Positions 29,506 through 41,015 of a stretch of DNA of 64,000 nt are shown here, piece after piece. This DNA is from Bacteroidota bacterium (GTDB taxonomy: Bacteria > Bacteroidota > Bacteroidia > NS11-12g > UBA955): positions 160,200-224,199 of the forward strand of contig JAURFW010000001.1 in the NCBI GenBank assembly GCA_030834125.1, written 5' to 3'. The translations under genes and the position numbers were made by a program. The number at the start of each line of letters is the position of its first letter. The first letter of the stretch is position 1. Below the pieces are notes generated by a model. That model searched no databases and had not been told where the DNA came from. It saw only the letters and a list, made by a program, of their open reading frames with translations.

Positions 29506-30990
29506 ATATGCTTTGTAATACAAGCGGAAGATTGTCCAAATATTTTTCTTAATTATTGGATTGATTCCTGATATAAGATGGTCTATCCAAGAGTCATAAA
29601 TTCTGATTGAATCAGATAAACCAATACCCAATTCTTTAAAGTTGTTTTTTCTTTCAGCCCAATTATTTGTATCCAAAAACACTACATATTCAGGAGGTTG
29701 ACGTTTTAGTATTCTTATTGAATCAAAATAATCAGAAGTACTAAGTTCTTGGGTTATGTGATCTATTTTCCCCTTCTTCCCCCAATAAAATAAAGGGAAA
29801 TACTCCCTACCCTGTCTTTGAGAATTTTCAACTAAAATTTTATTTGCATCGCCATTTTTATACAAAGTTAACATAACATCCATTTTTCCAGGTTTTGTGG
29901 ATGTGAATACTAAAGGGAAAATCAGGATTAAATTCGTTAACCAGAATGCCTTTTGCCATTTTTTTGTTTGAAATTTTTGAAGAAATTTGTTGGATGACAT
30001 TAAGAATTCAGCCCAACCAATAACTAAAAATAAGGGTAGAATTGTAAAAATAAATCTTTCTTGTTTATTGGGATATAGAGAATGAAAAACAATAAAAACG
30101 AGGATCGGAATTGACCATTTCCAATCTATTCTTAATGATTTCAGAAAACCAAAAAAAATTAATGGCCCAAATGGCAACAATCCTATTCCAAGTAAAAGAA
30201 AAATGTATTGATACCAAGGTCCATTAGGATACAAATGAGAGTTTTTTGAATTATAAGATACATACTCGATCAATTCATGCAAGGGTTCACCCCAAACCCA
30301 TATCTCTAAAGCAACATTGATAATTGTAAAACCAAATAAAAATCCAATGAAAACCAAAAGTGATTTTCTCAATGGATTTAATAACAAGAACATAATTCCT
30401 GCTGTACCACTTACTAAAATCGTTTGAAATCTCAGACCAAAAGCAATTGAAAACATGAGCCCAATGAGCATCAAAGTAATAGGTTTTATGTCTTGATTTG
30501 AGTTTAACTTCCACATTCCCCAAAACAACGGGGGGATTGATACAAATTCTACTAAATTTCTAACAGATAAATAAGGAAATAAGAAAAATATTGAGATAAT
30601 CCAAGCTGAATGAATTGCTAACTTAAAACCATATTTCTGTTTTGCCCACTGAAATACCCATTTAACCAATAGAAGGCTGTAAACAGCATGTAAAAGCCTT
30701 ATTAAAAACATTTGTAAATTGGGAGGAATACCTTGTGTGATATTTAGAAAGCCAAAATGAATTAAAGTATATAGCGATCCATGCGCAAGCCTTAAGGGAT
30801 CATAAGATGATGGATTCAGAAAGTCTCCGCTTTGCATCCATTGAAAAGCTTCTTCCATTACAAAAAAATGATCATCTGTAAATGCATATCCCCGACTAAA
30901 AAATGAGGCTAATAATCTGAAAAATAGTCCAACAAGCAGAATAAATCGTAAAGGATGCAGATTATAATATTTTCGTACTTTGGATATCAT
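29314..30990 (-). CDS. GT-C-fold integral membrane glycosyltransferase (Alg9/PigB-like mannosyltransferase, tentative)
   Basis: The product has more than 10 TM helices. An N-terminal loop 'FTDDHFFVMEEAFQW' resembles the GT22 'DE-FQ' motif. The last ~64 codons overlap the TPM gene tail on the opposite strand. Confidence 0.45.
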   Translation of the reverse strand: MISKVRKYYNLHPLRFILLVGLFFRLLASFFSRGYAFTDDHFFVMEEAFQWMQSGDFLNPSSYDPLRLAHGSLYTLIHFGFLNITQGIPPNLQMFLIRLLHAVYSLLLVKWVFQWAKQKYGFKLAIHSAWIISIFFLFPYLSVRNLVEFVSIPPLFWGMWKLNSNQDIKPITLMLIGLMFSIAFGLRFQTILVSGTAGIMFLLLNPLRKSLLVFIGFLFGFTIINVALEIWVWGEPLHELIEYVSYNSKNSHLYPNGPWYQYIFLLLGIGLLPFGPLIFFGFLKSLRIDWKWSIPILVFIVFHSLYPNKQERFIFTILPLFLVIGWAEFLMSSNKFLQKFQTKKWQKAFWLTNLILIFPLVFTSTKPGKMDVMLTLYKNGDANKILVENSQRQGREYFPLFYWGKKGKIDHITQELSTSDYFDSIRILKRQPPEYVVFLDTNNWAERKNNFKELGIGLSDSIRIYDSWIDHLISGINPIIKKNIWTIFRLYYKAYLPASASAATIETTTTTEASKAITAAPKTTSSSAMAAAKSTEEKGRVINSPSSNSTSTASAEKY

Positions 30991-31112
30991 CCAAAGACAA
31001 AATTACTATTAATTGGAGCAATACTTAAAACATTTCACTTTAAGTAGGTTTTTGGGTATTTACTTTTGTATTTTTGCGGTTTATGACCTCAGAGAACTCC
31101 CTTTCGATTAAT

Positions 31113-33932
31113 ATGCCAAACACAACTGAGGTAATTGATGTAGTGGGTGCAAGGGAGCACAATTTAAAAGAGATAAATCTTACGATACCTCGAAATTCGA
31201 TTGTAGTATTTACTGGTTTATCAGGTTCCGGGAAAAGTAGCCTTGCATTTGATACTATTTTTGCTGAAGGTCAAAGAAGATATTTAGAAAGTTTTTCTGC
31301 CTACGCACGTCAGTTCATAGGGGATATGAAACGACCCGATGTTGACAAAATCAAAGGATTAAGCCCAGTTATTGCAATTGAGCAAAAAACTGTTTCGAGA
31401 AATCCTCGTTCCACGGTAGGTACAGTAACTGAAGTATATGATTTTTTAAGATTATTGTACGCTCGATCTGCTGATGCATACAGTTATGTAACTGGAAAAC
31501 CAATGGTTAAGTTTTCGGAAGAACAGATTGAGGAATCCATACTTGATGTATTTGAAAATCAAAAAATAACCTTATGTGCTCCTGTAATTAAGGGACGAAA
31601 AGGTCATTACAGAGAACTTTTTGAACAAATTCGAAAAAAGGGATATACAAAAGTTCGAATTGATGAATCAATTCAGGACATACTGCCGGGAATGCAGTTA
31701 GATCGATATAAGATTCATAACATAGAAGTTGTAATTGACCGACTTGAGGTGAAAACACTATCACCAAAAAGATTAAGAGATAGTATTAAAACCGCGCTTA
31801 AAATGGGTGAAGGTCATATAATAGTAATTCAGGATAACGGCACTTCTAAACCTTACAGTAAATTTTTAATGGATCCAATTTCCGGGATTAGTTACGAGGA
31901 ACCTCAACCGAATACATTTTCATTTAATTCACCATTTGGCGCTTGTAAAACTTGTGAAGGTCTTGGTGTTACATCGGAAATAAATATTGATTATATAATA
32001 CCTGATCGCAAAAAGTCAATAAACAAAGGAGGTATTGTACCTGTTGGCGAACTAAGAGAAAACTGGACATTCCAACAGTTGAGAGCCATTGCAAAGCTAT
32101 TAAATTTTAGCCTGGCAGATCCTATTGAGAAGTTATCTAAAAAACAATTAGATACCATATTATATGGACTTGATGATCCTATTGATTTTAAAATAAAGAG
32201 TGCTAATGGTTTTGTGAATCATGAGACCACATTCAAAGGGGTTTTGAAAATTGTTTCAGAATCTTACTATGATAGTTCAGATGACCGCTTGAGAACTTGG
32301 GCTGAGGAGTTTGTTCATGAAATTAATTGTCCCGATTGCAATGGCGCACGCTTAAAACAAGAATCATTATCATATAAAATTGCAGGCTTAAATATTGCCG
32401 AAATGGCAAATATGAGTATCGAAGGATTATATGAATTTTTAACTGAAATTGATTCTAAACTTTCGGACCGTCAACTTACTATTGCTTCTGAACTATTAAA
32501 AGAAATTAGAAATCGCGTTTCGTTTTTAAATAGTGTTGGTCTTGGTTATTTAACATTAAACAGCCCAGCAAAGACTCTAAGTGGCGGTGAGGCCCAACGA
32601 ATAAGACTAGCAACACAAATAGGCTCGAAACTAGTAAACGTCTTGTATATCCTTGATGAACCCTCAATAGGATTACATCAACGAGATAACGAAAAACTTA
32701 TAAATAGCTTAAAAGATTTACGTGAATTAGGGAATTCAGTTTTAGTTGTAGAGCATGATAAGGACATGATGTTAGCTAGTGATTGGCTGGTTGAGATTGG
32801 TCCAAATGCAGGAAAACGCGGTGGAGAAATTGTTGCTTCTGGTAATATTTCTCAATTTTTAGAATCGCAAACAGTAACTGCTCAGTATTTAAGCAATAAA
32901 CTCAGTATTCCTGTACCCTCAAAGAGAAAAAACCCAAATTCGGAATGGATTAAATTGACCGGCTGTAAAGGCAACAACCTAAAGAATACAGATTTAGAAA
33001 TTCCTTTAGGACTGTTTGTTTGTGTTTCCGGAGTAAGTGGTAGCGGTAAATCAACACTAGTTAATGAGACATTATTTCCGCTGGCACATGGTAAAATTTA
33101 TGGTTCACATCACCGTGTGCTTGAGCATAACAGTATTTCAGGATTGGAACATATCGACAAGGTTATAAGGATAGATCAAAGTCCAATTGGAAGAACCCCT
33201 AGAAGTAATCCAGCGACTTATGTTGGAGTATTTCAGGAAATCCGAAATTTATTCTCGCAATTACCAGAAGCCAAAATAAGGGGATATAAACCTGGAAGAT
33301 TCTCATTTAATGTTAAAGGGGGAAGATGTGAAGAATGCGGTGGAGGTGGTAAGCGTGTAATCGAGATGAACTTCTTACCTAATGTAGAAGTAAATTGTGA
33401 TGCGTGTCAAGGCAAAAGATATAATAGAGAAACATTAGAGGTTAGGTATAAAGGAAAGAGTATTTCTGATGTATTGGATATGCCTATTTCTCAGGCTGTT
33501 GAGTTTTTTGATGCCGTTCCCAAAATTGTGAGAAAAATCAATACTATGGTAGATGTTGGCCTCGGATATGTAACCTTAGGTCAGAGTAGTACTACCCTTT
33601 CTGGTGGAGAAGCGCAACGTGTAAAACTGGCTTCTGAACTCTCAAAAAGAGACACTGGAAAAACATTGTATATCCTTGATGAACCAACTACTGGTTTACA
33701 TTTTGACGACATAAAGCAGCTACTTGGGGTACTTCAAACCCTTGTAGATAAGGGAAATACTGTATTGGTAATAGAACACAATCTTGATGTTATTAAAGTA
33801 GCAGATTGGGTGATCGATGTGGGACCTGAAGGTGGAATTAATGGCGGTAAAATTGTATCGGCGGGAACACCTGAAGATGTGGCTAAAAATAAGATTAGCC
33901 ACACCGCAAAATTCTTAAAATTAGAATTATGA
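31113..33932 (+). CDS. uvrA: excinuclease ABC subunit A
   Basis: Two ABC ATPase modules are present (two each of 'GLSGSGKS'/'GVSGSGKS' Walker A and 'LSGGE' signature motifs), along with Zn-finger Cys clusters. I chose the start at 'MPNTTEVIDVVGAREHNLK' over the upstream ORF-track Met. Confidence 0.9.
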   Translation: MPNTTEVIDVVGAREHNLKEINLTIPRNSIVVFTGLSGSGKSSLAFDTIFAEGQRRYLESFSAYARQFIGDMKRPDVDKIKGLSPVIAIEQKTVSRNPRSTVGTVTEVYDFLRLLYARSADAYSYVTGKPMVKFSEEQIEESILDVFENQKITLCAPVIKGRKGHYRELFEQIRKKGYTKVRIDESIQDILPGMQLDRYKIHNIEVVIDRLEVKTLSPKRLRDSIKTALKMGEGHIIVIQDNGTSKPYSKFLMDPISGISYEEPQPNTFSFNSPFGACKTCEGLGVTSEINIDYIIPDRKKSINKGGIVPVGELRENWTFQQLRAIAKLLNFSLADPIEKLSKKQLDTILYGLDDPIDFKIKSANGFVNHETTFKGVLKIVSESYYDSSDDRLRTWAEEFVHEINCPDCNGARLKQESLSYKIAGLNIAEMANMSIEGLYEFLTEIDSKLSDRQLTIASELLKEIRNRVSFLNSVGLGYLTLNSPAKTLSGGEAQRIRLATQIGSKLVNVLYILDEPSIGLHQRDNEKLINSLKDLRELGNSVLVVEHDKDMMLASDWLVEIGPNAGKRGGEIVASGNISQFLESQTVTAQYLSNKLSIPVPSKRKNPNSEWIKLTGCKGNNLKNTDLEIPLGLFVCVSGVSGSGKSTLVNETLFPLAHGKIYGSHHRVLEHNSISGLEHIDKVIRIDQSPIGRTPRSNPATYVGVFQEIRNLFSQLPEAKIRGYKPGRFSFNVKGGRCEECGGGGKRVIEMNFLPNVEVNCDACQGKRYNRETLEVRYKGKSISDVLDMPISQAVEFFDAVPKIVRKINTMVDVGLGYVTLGQSSTTLSGGEAQRVKLASELSKRDTGKTLYILDEPTTGLHFDDIKQLLGVLQTLVDKGNTVLVIEHNLDVIKVADWVIDVGPEGGINGGKIVSAGTPEDVAKNKISHTAKFLKLEL

Positions 33933-34988
33933 TTTAGGCTTTGATGGAGTTGAAGGCTTCACTCCTGGAAAGCTTTTAGGGCTAATTGTTGCTGGTGAAT
34001 TTCCAGAGCGTGAAGGACTCGTACCACTTCCTTTATAAATAGAACTTCCTCTATCCTCCGATTCATCACCTTCTTCGCATGGGCAAGGAGGACAAGGTTG
34101 ATTTAACGGTTGAACTACAATACTTGTATCATAATAGCCCTCTTTTATAATTCGTTTTTCATACTTATTTGTGCTTAAATCAAATAGAAAACCAATTTTC
34201 CATTGATTCGTATTGTGTTTAACGTCCCTAATTACACCATCGAATGAAAGCCCATTGAAAGTTGAATTGTATACATCTACCACTTCTAAATCACTTCCTC
34301 TTTTATCAATATATGAAACATACATACTAATAGCTGTATTTAATCTTACTCTAAGACCAATTTCTGTTGATAAATACCCAGCAACCGAATTATGAAGATC
34401 TACTGATCCAAAAGCTTCGTAATCTGTAATGGGTACATAAGTTTCTGTGTACTGGTTCGAATTATAGAATGAAACTCCACCCTGCATTCCTAAATACGGA
34501 TAAAATCTGCCTAACTGAAATTCATAACGCAACATAGAATAAAGGTGAACTGCGTTATTTTTAACATGAGTATATGCGCTGTCTTCTCTAGTTGTATTAA
34601 GTGCTACATTATGGAGATCGCCATTAGAGAATTGATTAAACCCCATTCCTAATCCCCAATTAATGTTTCCCCAATTACTTATCATGGATTTTGGTAAAGC
34701 AGAAAACAAGAAATAGAAGTCGAAACCACTTGAATTGTTTAATTGATCTAAACTGTCCCAGCTGTTTGGTCCAAGACCTTTAAAACTTTCATTATTGTAT
34801 TCGAGACCTAAAGCAACATTGGTAATATAATTTTGTCGAAGTGGAATATATTCATAAGTTGGATTTACATAACGTACTCTTTGAACTACTTTGTAATCCT
34901 TTTCTATTTCGCTGCTATCTGATTGTGCAATAACCCCTGTAGTTGCAAATAAAAAACTAAGAAAAATGAAGAAATTATTTTTTTTCAT
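33927..34988 (-). CDS. hypothetical outer-membrane beta-barrel protein with Pro/Cys-rich C-terminal tail
   Basis: It has a signal peptide 'MKKNNFFIFLSFLFATTGVIAQ' and alternating aromatic/Gly beta-strand patterns. The C-terminus reads '...QPCPPCPCEEGDESEDRG...PSTPSKPKS'. I trimmed the start from 35030 to the signal-peptide Met. Confidence 0.45.
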   Translation of the reverse strand: MKKNNFFIFLSFLFATTGVIAQSDSSEIEKDYKVVQRVRYVNPTYEYIPLRQNYITNVALGLEYNNESFKGLGPNSWDSLDQLNNSSGFDFYFLFSALPKSMISNWGNINWGLGMGFNQFSNGDLHNVALNTTREDSAYTHVKNNAVHLYSMLRYEFQLGRFYPYLGMQGGVSFYNSNQYTETYVPITDYEAFGSVDLHNSVAGYLSTEIGLRVRLNTAISMYVSYIDKRGSDLEVVDVYNSTFNGLSFDGVIRDVKHNTNQWKIGFLFDLSTNKYEKRIIKEGYYDTSIVVQPLNQPCPPCPCEEGDESEDRGSSIYKGSGTSPSRSGNSPATISPKSFPGVKPSTPSKPKS

Positions 34989-35088
34989 AACTATAAAATA
35001 CAAATTAATAAAAAAAGGCACTAAAATCAAGATAAACCAATATAAATTATCAGCAAGAACCTGTAAACTCTTAAATTTGCATCTTTCT

Positions 35089-36441
35089 ATGAATAATTTA
35101 AATGCAATTAGCCCCGTTGATGGCCGTTATTCAAGAGTTACGGCACCTTTAATACGTTATTTTTCTGAATCTGCGTTAATTCGATACCGGATTAAAATTG
35201 AAATAGAATATTTGATTGCATTATCACATGCGGCTCTAAAGGGCTGGGATTTTGGAATGTTATTAGATAAATCCAAGGAACTAAGAGCATGGACCCGAAA
35301 TATTAGCGATGAAGAAGTACAAAAAGTTAAAGAGATAGAAAAAACCACGAACCACGATGTTAAGGCTGTAGAATATCTAGTTAAAGAAAAATTAGATAGT
35401 TGGGGATTGGATTATTACCGAGAATTAGTTCATTTTGGATTAACATCACAAGACATCAATAATACCGCAATTCCATGGTTAATAAAGGATGCATTAAATG
35501 AAGTATTAATTCCTCAATTAGAAAAAATAATTACAATTATTGAAAAGCAGGGTACTGAATGGATGAATCAACCTATGTTAGCCAGGACCCATGGCCAACC
35601 GGCTTCACCAACACATTTAGGTAAAGAGTGGTTAGTGTTTGCAGTTAGGCTAAAAGGTCAGATTCAACCTGTAAAAAACATTCCGGCAAAAGCTAAATTT
35701 GGAGGTGCCACAGGGAATTTTAATGCACACAACATAGCTTTCCCAGAGATTGATTGGATTTCATTTGCTGATAATTTCATTAATACTCAGTTGGGGCTAG
35801 TAAGAAACCCTATAACCACACAAATCGAGCCATACGACTCAATGGCTGCACTTTTGGATGCTTGGAAGAGAATAGACAATATACTAATTGATTTCTCAAG
35901 AGATGTTTGGAGTTATATTTCCATGGATTACTTCAAACAAGCAATAAAAAAGGGGGAAGTTGGATCTTCAGCAATGCCACACAAAGTAAACCCTATAGAT
36001 TTCGAAAATGCAGAAGGCAATATGGGAGTTGCAAATGCGCTGTATGAGCATTTAGCGGGAAAACTGCCTATCAGCAGACTACAAAGAGATCTCACCGATA
36101 GTACTGTATTAAGGAATATAGGAATCCCATTTGCTCATACATTAATTGGTTTAGTGAGTTTAGAGAAAGGCTTGAACAAACTGATTCTTAATGCTGAAAA
36201 GTTAAATGAAGACCTAGAGAATAACTGGGCAGTTGTTGCTGAAGCTATACAAACTATTCTAAGGAGAGAGAAGTACCCTAACCCTTATGAAGCGTTGAAA
36301 GATTTGACTCGTAATAACGAAAAAATCACAAAATCGTCAATACATGCGTTTATTGATACTTTAGATATCGAAGAGGATGTCAAAATTGAACTTAAGAATA
36401 TTAGTCCGCAGAATTATACAGGCGTTATTCCGCACCTCTAA
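35089..36441 (+). CDS. purB: adenylosuccinate lyase
   Basis: 'MNNLNAISPVDGRYS' is the PurB N-terminus, and the fumarate-lyase signature 'GSSAMPHKVNP' is present. I chose the start at 35089, which removes the overlap with the convergent OMP gene. Confidence 0.9.
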   Translation: MNNLNAISPVDGRYSRVTAPLIRYFSESALIRYRIKIEIEYLIALSHAALKGWDFGMLLDKSKELRAWTRNISDEEVQKVKEIEKTTNHDVKAVEYLVKEKLDSWGLDYYRELVHFGLTSQDINNTAIPWLIKDALNEVLIPQLEKIITIIEKQGTEWMNQPMLARTHGQPASPTHLGKEWLVFAVRLKGQIQPVKNIPAKAKFGGATGNFNAHNIAFPEIDWISFADNFINTQLGLVRNPITTQIEPYDSMAALLDAWKRIDNILIDFSRDVWSYISMDYFKQAIKKGEVGSSAMPHKVNPIDFENAEGNMGVANALYEHLAGKLPISRLQRDLTDSTVLRNIGIPFAHTLIGLVSLEKGLNKLILNAEKLNEDLENNWAVVAEAIQTILRREKYPNPYEALKDLTRNNEKITKSSIHAFIDTLDIEEDVKIELKNISPQNYTGVIPHL

Positions 36442-38272
36442 AATATCGTTCCTAAGATTTTCAATTGGATTGTTCGTAGTACTCTTATGTATTACGTCGG
36501 TATTATTTATTTTTAGGAAGGAGATTATTTCCTCTCAACTTATCAATAAATTAAGGAAGAAAGGTTTAGATTTAAGTTACAGTAACTTAAATATTGATGG
36601 ATTTGATAAGCTCAAGTTTGAAAATCTCTTAATAAAAAATTCTGGATATTCAGGAGATTACCTGTTTAAAAGTGAGATTGTTGAACTAGATATAAATATC
36701 TGGAAAAGTGTTTTTGGGACGATTTCATTTAATGACCTCAAAATAGGAAATTCATCTCTTCATTTAGTTGACTCTTCAAATATTAGTAATTACAAGACAT
36801 ACGGAGAGGGTAATTCAACCGCAAAAAATCAAAAAAAATCTTTTACTCAAACCTTCAATTATTATTTAAGTTTCTTACCTAAAAATATGGTGATTGATAA
36901 TTTTGAATTCTCCTTCAAGGATTCAATTGTATGCCAAAAAATGAAGGTTTTACATGTTATAAAGATGAATGATTCGTTTGACATCCAATTTTACAAATTG
37001 GATGTACAAGGTTCAATATCAGCAGAAACTAAGAAATTTAAATTATTTATTAGTCCAAGGAATAATGAGGCGATTAAATGGAAAGACCTATCATTAACAA
37101 TTCCCAAGGCATCACTAGAAATCTTACCATTTGAACAAGACGACATAAGCTTCGGGTGTATATTAAATTTTAAATCAGAAGAATTTGAATTCTCTCATCC
37201 AAAAATTTCAGATCAAACCATTGACTTACAAAAACTTAAGACTAAACTTACCCTTTTAATTGATGGAGATAAATTCAAAATAGACTCCAATAGTATTATT
37301 TCTTTGGGGAACCTAGTATTTAACATTTCAGGTGCATTCACAAACAAGGTAAATCCTAAGTATGAATTATCTATTCATGTTCCAAAATCAAATGTTGCCA
37401 ATTTATTTACAACTTTACCTAAAGGTTTATTCCCTTATTCTTCAACTATCAAATCTGTTGGAAAATGGGAATATAACTTTAATGTTAATTTGGACTCAGA
37501 GAACTTAGATTCTACAATTTTTGAAAGTGAAATTTGGTTAGATTCAGATTTTAAAATATTGAATTGGGGTAAAACAGAACCCCAGAAATATTTACATGAA
37601 TTCGATTATCAAACACAATTCTCGGGAGGAAAAGTTTATAATTTTCGAGTAGGTCACGGGAACCCTGATTATGTAAAACTTGAAAATATAAGTCCCTTGT
37701 TAGTGAAGGCTATTCTCACGTCGGAAGATCCAAGTTATTTTTATCATAACGGATTTTATAAATCGGCATTTAGAGAAGCCTTGATTGAAAACTATCAAAA
37801 GAAAAAAATTGTTCGTGGCGGTAGTACTATAAGTATGCAACTTGTAAAAAACATATACCTATCACATAACAAAACACTAGCGCGGAAACTTGAGGAAATT
37901 ATTATTGTTTGGTTGCTGGAGAATAAAAGAGCAATAAGCAAAGAACGCATGCTTGAAATTTACTTAAATATTATTGAGTGGGGACCTGGTATATTTGGTG
38001 TAGGACAAGCCAGTTGGTTTTATTTCCAAAAAAATGCTTCAGAACTTTCGATGGAGGAATCAATTTATTTGGCTAGCCTTATTCCAGCGCCGAGTAAATC
38101 AAAATGGAGTATAGATGATAACGGAAAGGTAAATCCGAAATGGACTAGATATTTTAAATTGGCTAATAGAATCCGTAACATCGACGGTACCCTTATTGAT
38201 ACAACCCATGTTAATGTACTTAAAATCCATCGGGATGCAGTAACTAATTTGCGCAAACCAATGTCAAAGTGA
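36377..38272 (+). CDS. membrane protein with C-terminal GT51 peptidoglycan glycosyltransferase (transglycosylase) domain and uncharacterised N-terminal region
   Basis: An N-terminal TM helix is present. GT51 motifs lie in the last ~190 aa: 'EDPSYFYHNGFY', 'GGSTISMQLVKN', 'RKLEE', 'KERMLEIYLN'. No transpeptidase domain is present. Confidence 0.65.
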   Translation: MSKLNLRILVRRIIQALFRTSKISFLRFSIGLFVVLLCITSVLFIFRKEIISSQLINKLRKKGLDLSYSNLNIDGFDKLKFENLLIKNSGYSGDYLFKSEIVELDINIWKSVFGTISFNDLKIGNSSLHLVDSSNISNYKTYGEGNSTAKNQKKSFTQTFNYYLSFLPKNMVIDNFEFSFKDSIVCQKMKVLHVIKMNDSFDIQFYKLDVQGSISAETKKFKLFISPRNNEAIKWKDLSLTIPKASLEILPFEQDDISFGCILNFKSEEFEFSHPKISDQTIDLQKLKTKLTLLIDGDKFKIDSNSIISLGNLVFNISGAFTNKVNPKYELSIHVPKSNVANLFTTLPKGLFPYSSTIKSVGKWEYNFNVNLDSENLDSTIFESEIWLDSDFKILNWGKTEPQKYLHEFDYQTQFSGGKVYNFRVGHGNPDYVKLENISPLLVKAILTSEDPSYFYHNGFYKSAFREALIENYQKKKIVRGGSTISMQLVKNIYLSHNKTLARKLEEIIIVWLLENKRAISKERMLEIYLNIIEWGPGIFGVGQASWFYFQKNASELSMEESIYLASLIPAPSKSKWSIDDNGKVNPKWTRYFKLANRIRNIDGTLIDTTHVNVLKIHRDAVTNLRKPMSK

Positions 38273-38385
38273 CATTAATAATACATTAAAACACTCTAAA
38301 TCAGCCAAATTGTCGCTAATCATTAGGTTTTATTTGAAAATCCTTGTATGTAGAGCATTGGAATACATTTTGATTCGAATAAAAT

Positions 38386-40995
38386 ATGAATCAACAACTA
38401 TTAACAATTAAGGCGCAAGAGACATTAAACAGGGCACAAAACCTTGTTATTTCCGCCGGAAATCAGAGTATAGAGGTATCTCATTTACTATTATCAATAA
38501 TTCGGGAAGAACCAGAACCAATTAAATTTCTTACTGGTAAACTTGGAGTAAATATTGAACATATTGAAAAGGTTGTAGACAGTGAAATAAAACAATTGCC
38601 CGTGGTTGAAGGCGGAAATATATATGCATCTAACGAATTAAGTAAATTATTTGTGCAGGCAGAGAAAGAAATGAAGTCGATGCAAGATGAATTTATCACA
38701 AATTCACATTTCTTATTGGCAATGTTGGAGGGCACCGACTCTACCTCGCGGATATTAAAAGATGCTGGCATTAAAAAATCAGACCTGAAAAAGGCAATTA
38801 TTGAAATGCGAGGCGGAAAGAAGGTTGACTCTCAAACTTCTGAAAATCAATTCAATTCACTCAAGAAATACGCAAATAATTTAAACGAGCTTGCTAGCGA
38901 AGGAAAGTTAGACCCAGTCATAGGGAGGGATGATGAGATTCGTCGTGTATTACAAATTTTAAGTAGACGCACTAAGAATAACCCGGTATTAATAGGAGAA
39001 CCTGGTGTTGGTAAAACGGCCATAGCTGAGGGTTTAGCTCATAGAATTATAAGAGGAGATGTTCCAGAAAATTTAAAATCAAAGCAGATTTACAGCCTCG
39101 ATATGGGGGCACTAATTGCTGGTGCCAAGTATAAGGGAGAATTCGAAGAACGTTTAAAGGCGGTAATAAAAGAAGTTACTCAAAGTAACGGTGAAGTTGT
39201 ATTATTTATTGATGAAATTCACACTTTAGTAGGAGCTGGAAAAGGTGAAGGGGCGATGGATGCTGCAAATATTTTAAAACCCGCTTTAGCCCGTGGTGAA
39301 TTACGAGCTATAGGTGCCACTACCCTGGCTGAATATCAGAAATACATTGAAAAAGATAAAGCATTAGAACGCAGATTCCAGAAAGTGATTGTTGAAGAAC
39401 CCGATACTCAAGAAGCAATTAGTATTTTAAGAGGATTAAAAGAAAGATATGAATCTCACCATAAAGTAAGAATTAAAGATGAAGCAATTATTAACGCGGT
39501 AGAGATGAGTCAGCGCTATATTTCCGATAGATTTTTACCTGATAAGGCGATTGATCTTCTAGATGAAGCAGCGAGTAAATTACGACTAGAAATGGATTCA
39601 GTTCCTGAGGAATTAGATGAACTTAACAGGAGGATTATGCAATTGGAGATTGAGCGTGAAGCAATTAAACGCGAGAATGACAAGGTTAAATTAGCCCGTT
39701 TAAATGAGGAAATTGCCAACTTAACCGATAAGCGTGATGAACTAAATTCCCAATGGCAGAACGAAAAAAACATCCTAACCCAAATACAACAAAAAAAAGC
39801 ATCTATAGAATCATTAAAATTAGAAGCCGAACAAGCTGAACGAGATGGAAACTATGGAAGAGTTGCTGAAATTAGATACGGTTTAATAAAAAACACTGAG
39901 GAAGATCTATTTGCACTTACAATGAAGTTAAAAGAGAGTAAGCAAGCAAAAACAATGGTAAAGCAGGAAGTTGATGCGGAGGATATTGCAGAAGTTGTAA
40001 GCAGGTGGACAGGTATACCCGTTATTAAAATGCTACAAAGTGAAAGACAGAAACTCCTTAGTTTAGAATCTGAACTTCATAAAAGAGTAGTTGGTCAAAA
40101 TGAAGCTATTGAAGCTCTTTCAAATGCAATTCGACGAAGCAGAGCGGGTTTACAAGACCCAAAGAAACCAATAGGATCATTTGTGTTTCTTGGTACTACT
40201 GGAGTAGGCAAAACAGAATTAGCCAAGGCGCTTGCAGAGTATTTATTCGATACGGACCAAGCGATGGTTAGAATTGACATGTCTGAATATCAAGAAAAGC
40301 ATGCTTTAAGCCGATTAGTTGGAGCGCCTCCCGGATATGTTGGATATGACGAAGGAGGGCAATTAACAGAAGCAATTAGAAGGAGACCATATAGTGTTGT
40401 TTTATTGGATGAAATTGAGAAAGCTCACCCAGATGTTTTCAATATACTTCTACAAGTGTTAGATGATGGTAGGCTAACAGACAATAAAGGTAGAACCGCG
40501 AATTTTAGGAATACCATAATTATAATGACTTCAAATATTGGTGCTGAACTCATTAGAGAAAATTATGAAACCCTAACTATTGAAAACCATGATTCAGTTT
40601 TGGCAAAGACTAAGCTTGATGTATATGAACTACTCAAAAAGAGTATTCGACCTGAATTCCTCAATAGAATTGACGAGTTAATTATGTTTGAGCCATTGAG
40701 CAGAGACAATATCAGAGCTATTGCAGATATTCAATTTAAGGAACTCTACGATCGTATGAGCTACGCAGGATATAATGTAGTAATTAGCGAAGATGCTCTA
40801 GATTGGTTGTCACAATTGGGATATGATCCTCAATTTGGTGCTAGACCATTAAAGAGAGTAATACAAAAGAAAATAATGGATGAATTGAGTAAGGAGATTT
40901 TGAGCGGAAGAGTTGCCCCTTCAGATGAAATTCTAATTGACTTAAAAGATAATCAACTTATATTTCAAAATTCTCAAACTGTGAATAAGAACTGA
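38386..40995 (+). CDS. clpB: ATP-dependent chaperone ClpB
   Basis: It has a Clp N-domain, two AAA+ modules ('GEPGVGKT', 'GTTGVGKT') and the long coiled-coil middle domain characteristic of ClpB. Size is 869 aa. Confidence 0.95.
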   Translation: MNQQLLTIKAQETLNRAQNLVISAGNQSIEVSHLLLSIIREEPEPIKFLTGKLGVNIEHIEKVVDSEIKQLPVVEGGNIYASNELSKLFVQAEKEMKSMQDEFITNSHFLLAMLEGTDSTSRILKDAGIKKSDLKKAIIEMRGGKKVDSQTSENQFNSLKKYANNLNELASEGKLDPVIGRDDEIRRVLQILSRRTKNNPVLIGEPGVGKTAIAEGLAHRIIRGDVPENLKSKQIYSLDMGALIAGAKYKGEFEERLKAVIKEVTQSNGEVVLFIDEIHTLVGAGKGEGAMDAANILKPALARGELRAIGATTLAEYQKYIEKDKALERRFQKVIVEEPDTQEAISILRGLKERYESHHKVRIKDEAIINAVEMSQRYISDRFLPDKAIDLLDEAASKLRLEMDSVPEELDELNRRIMQLEIEREAIKRENDKVKLARLNEEIANLTDKRDELNSQWQNEKNILTQIQQKKASIESLKLEAEQAERDGNYGRVAEIRYGLIKNTEEDLFALTMKLKESKQAKTMVKQEVDAEDIAEVVSRWTGIPVIKMLQSERQKLLSLESELHKRVVGQNEAIEALSNAIRRSRAGLQDPKKPIGSFVFLGTTGVGKTELAKALAEYLFDTDQAMVRIDMSEYQEKHALSRLVGAPPGYVGYDEGGQLTEAIRRRPYSVVLLDEIEKAHPDVFNILLQVLDDGRLTDNKGRTANFRNTIIIMTSNIGAELIRENYETLTIENHDSVLAKTKLDVYELLKKSIRPEFLNRIDELIMFEPLSRDNIRAIADIQFKELYDRMSYAGYNVVISEDALDWLSQLGYDPQFGARPLKRVIQKKIMDELSKEILSGRVAPSDEILIDLKDNQLIFQNSQTVNKN

Positions 40996-41015
40996 ATAGG
41001 AATTGAATATACTTT

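Noticed and set aside
38273-38385. CIRCE-like heat-shock operator upstream of clpB
   Set aside because: No TTAGCACTC-N9-GAGTGCTAA-like inverted repeat is present. Only generic AT-rich sequence precedes clpB.
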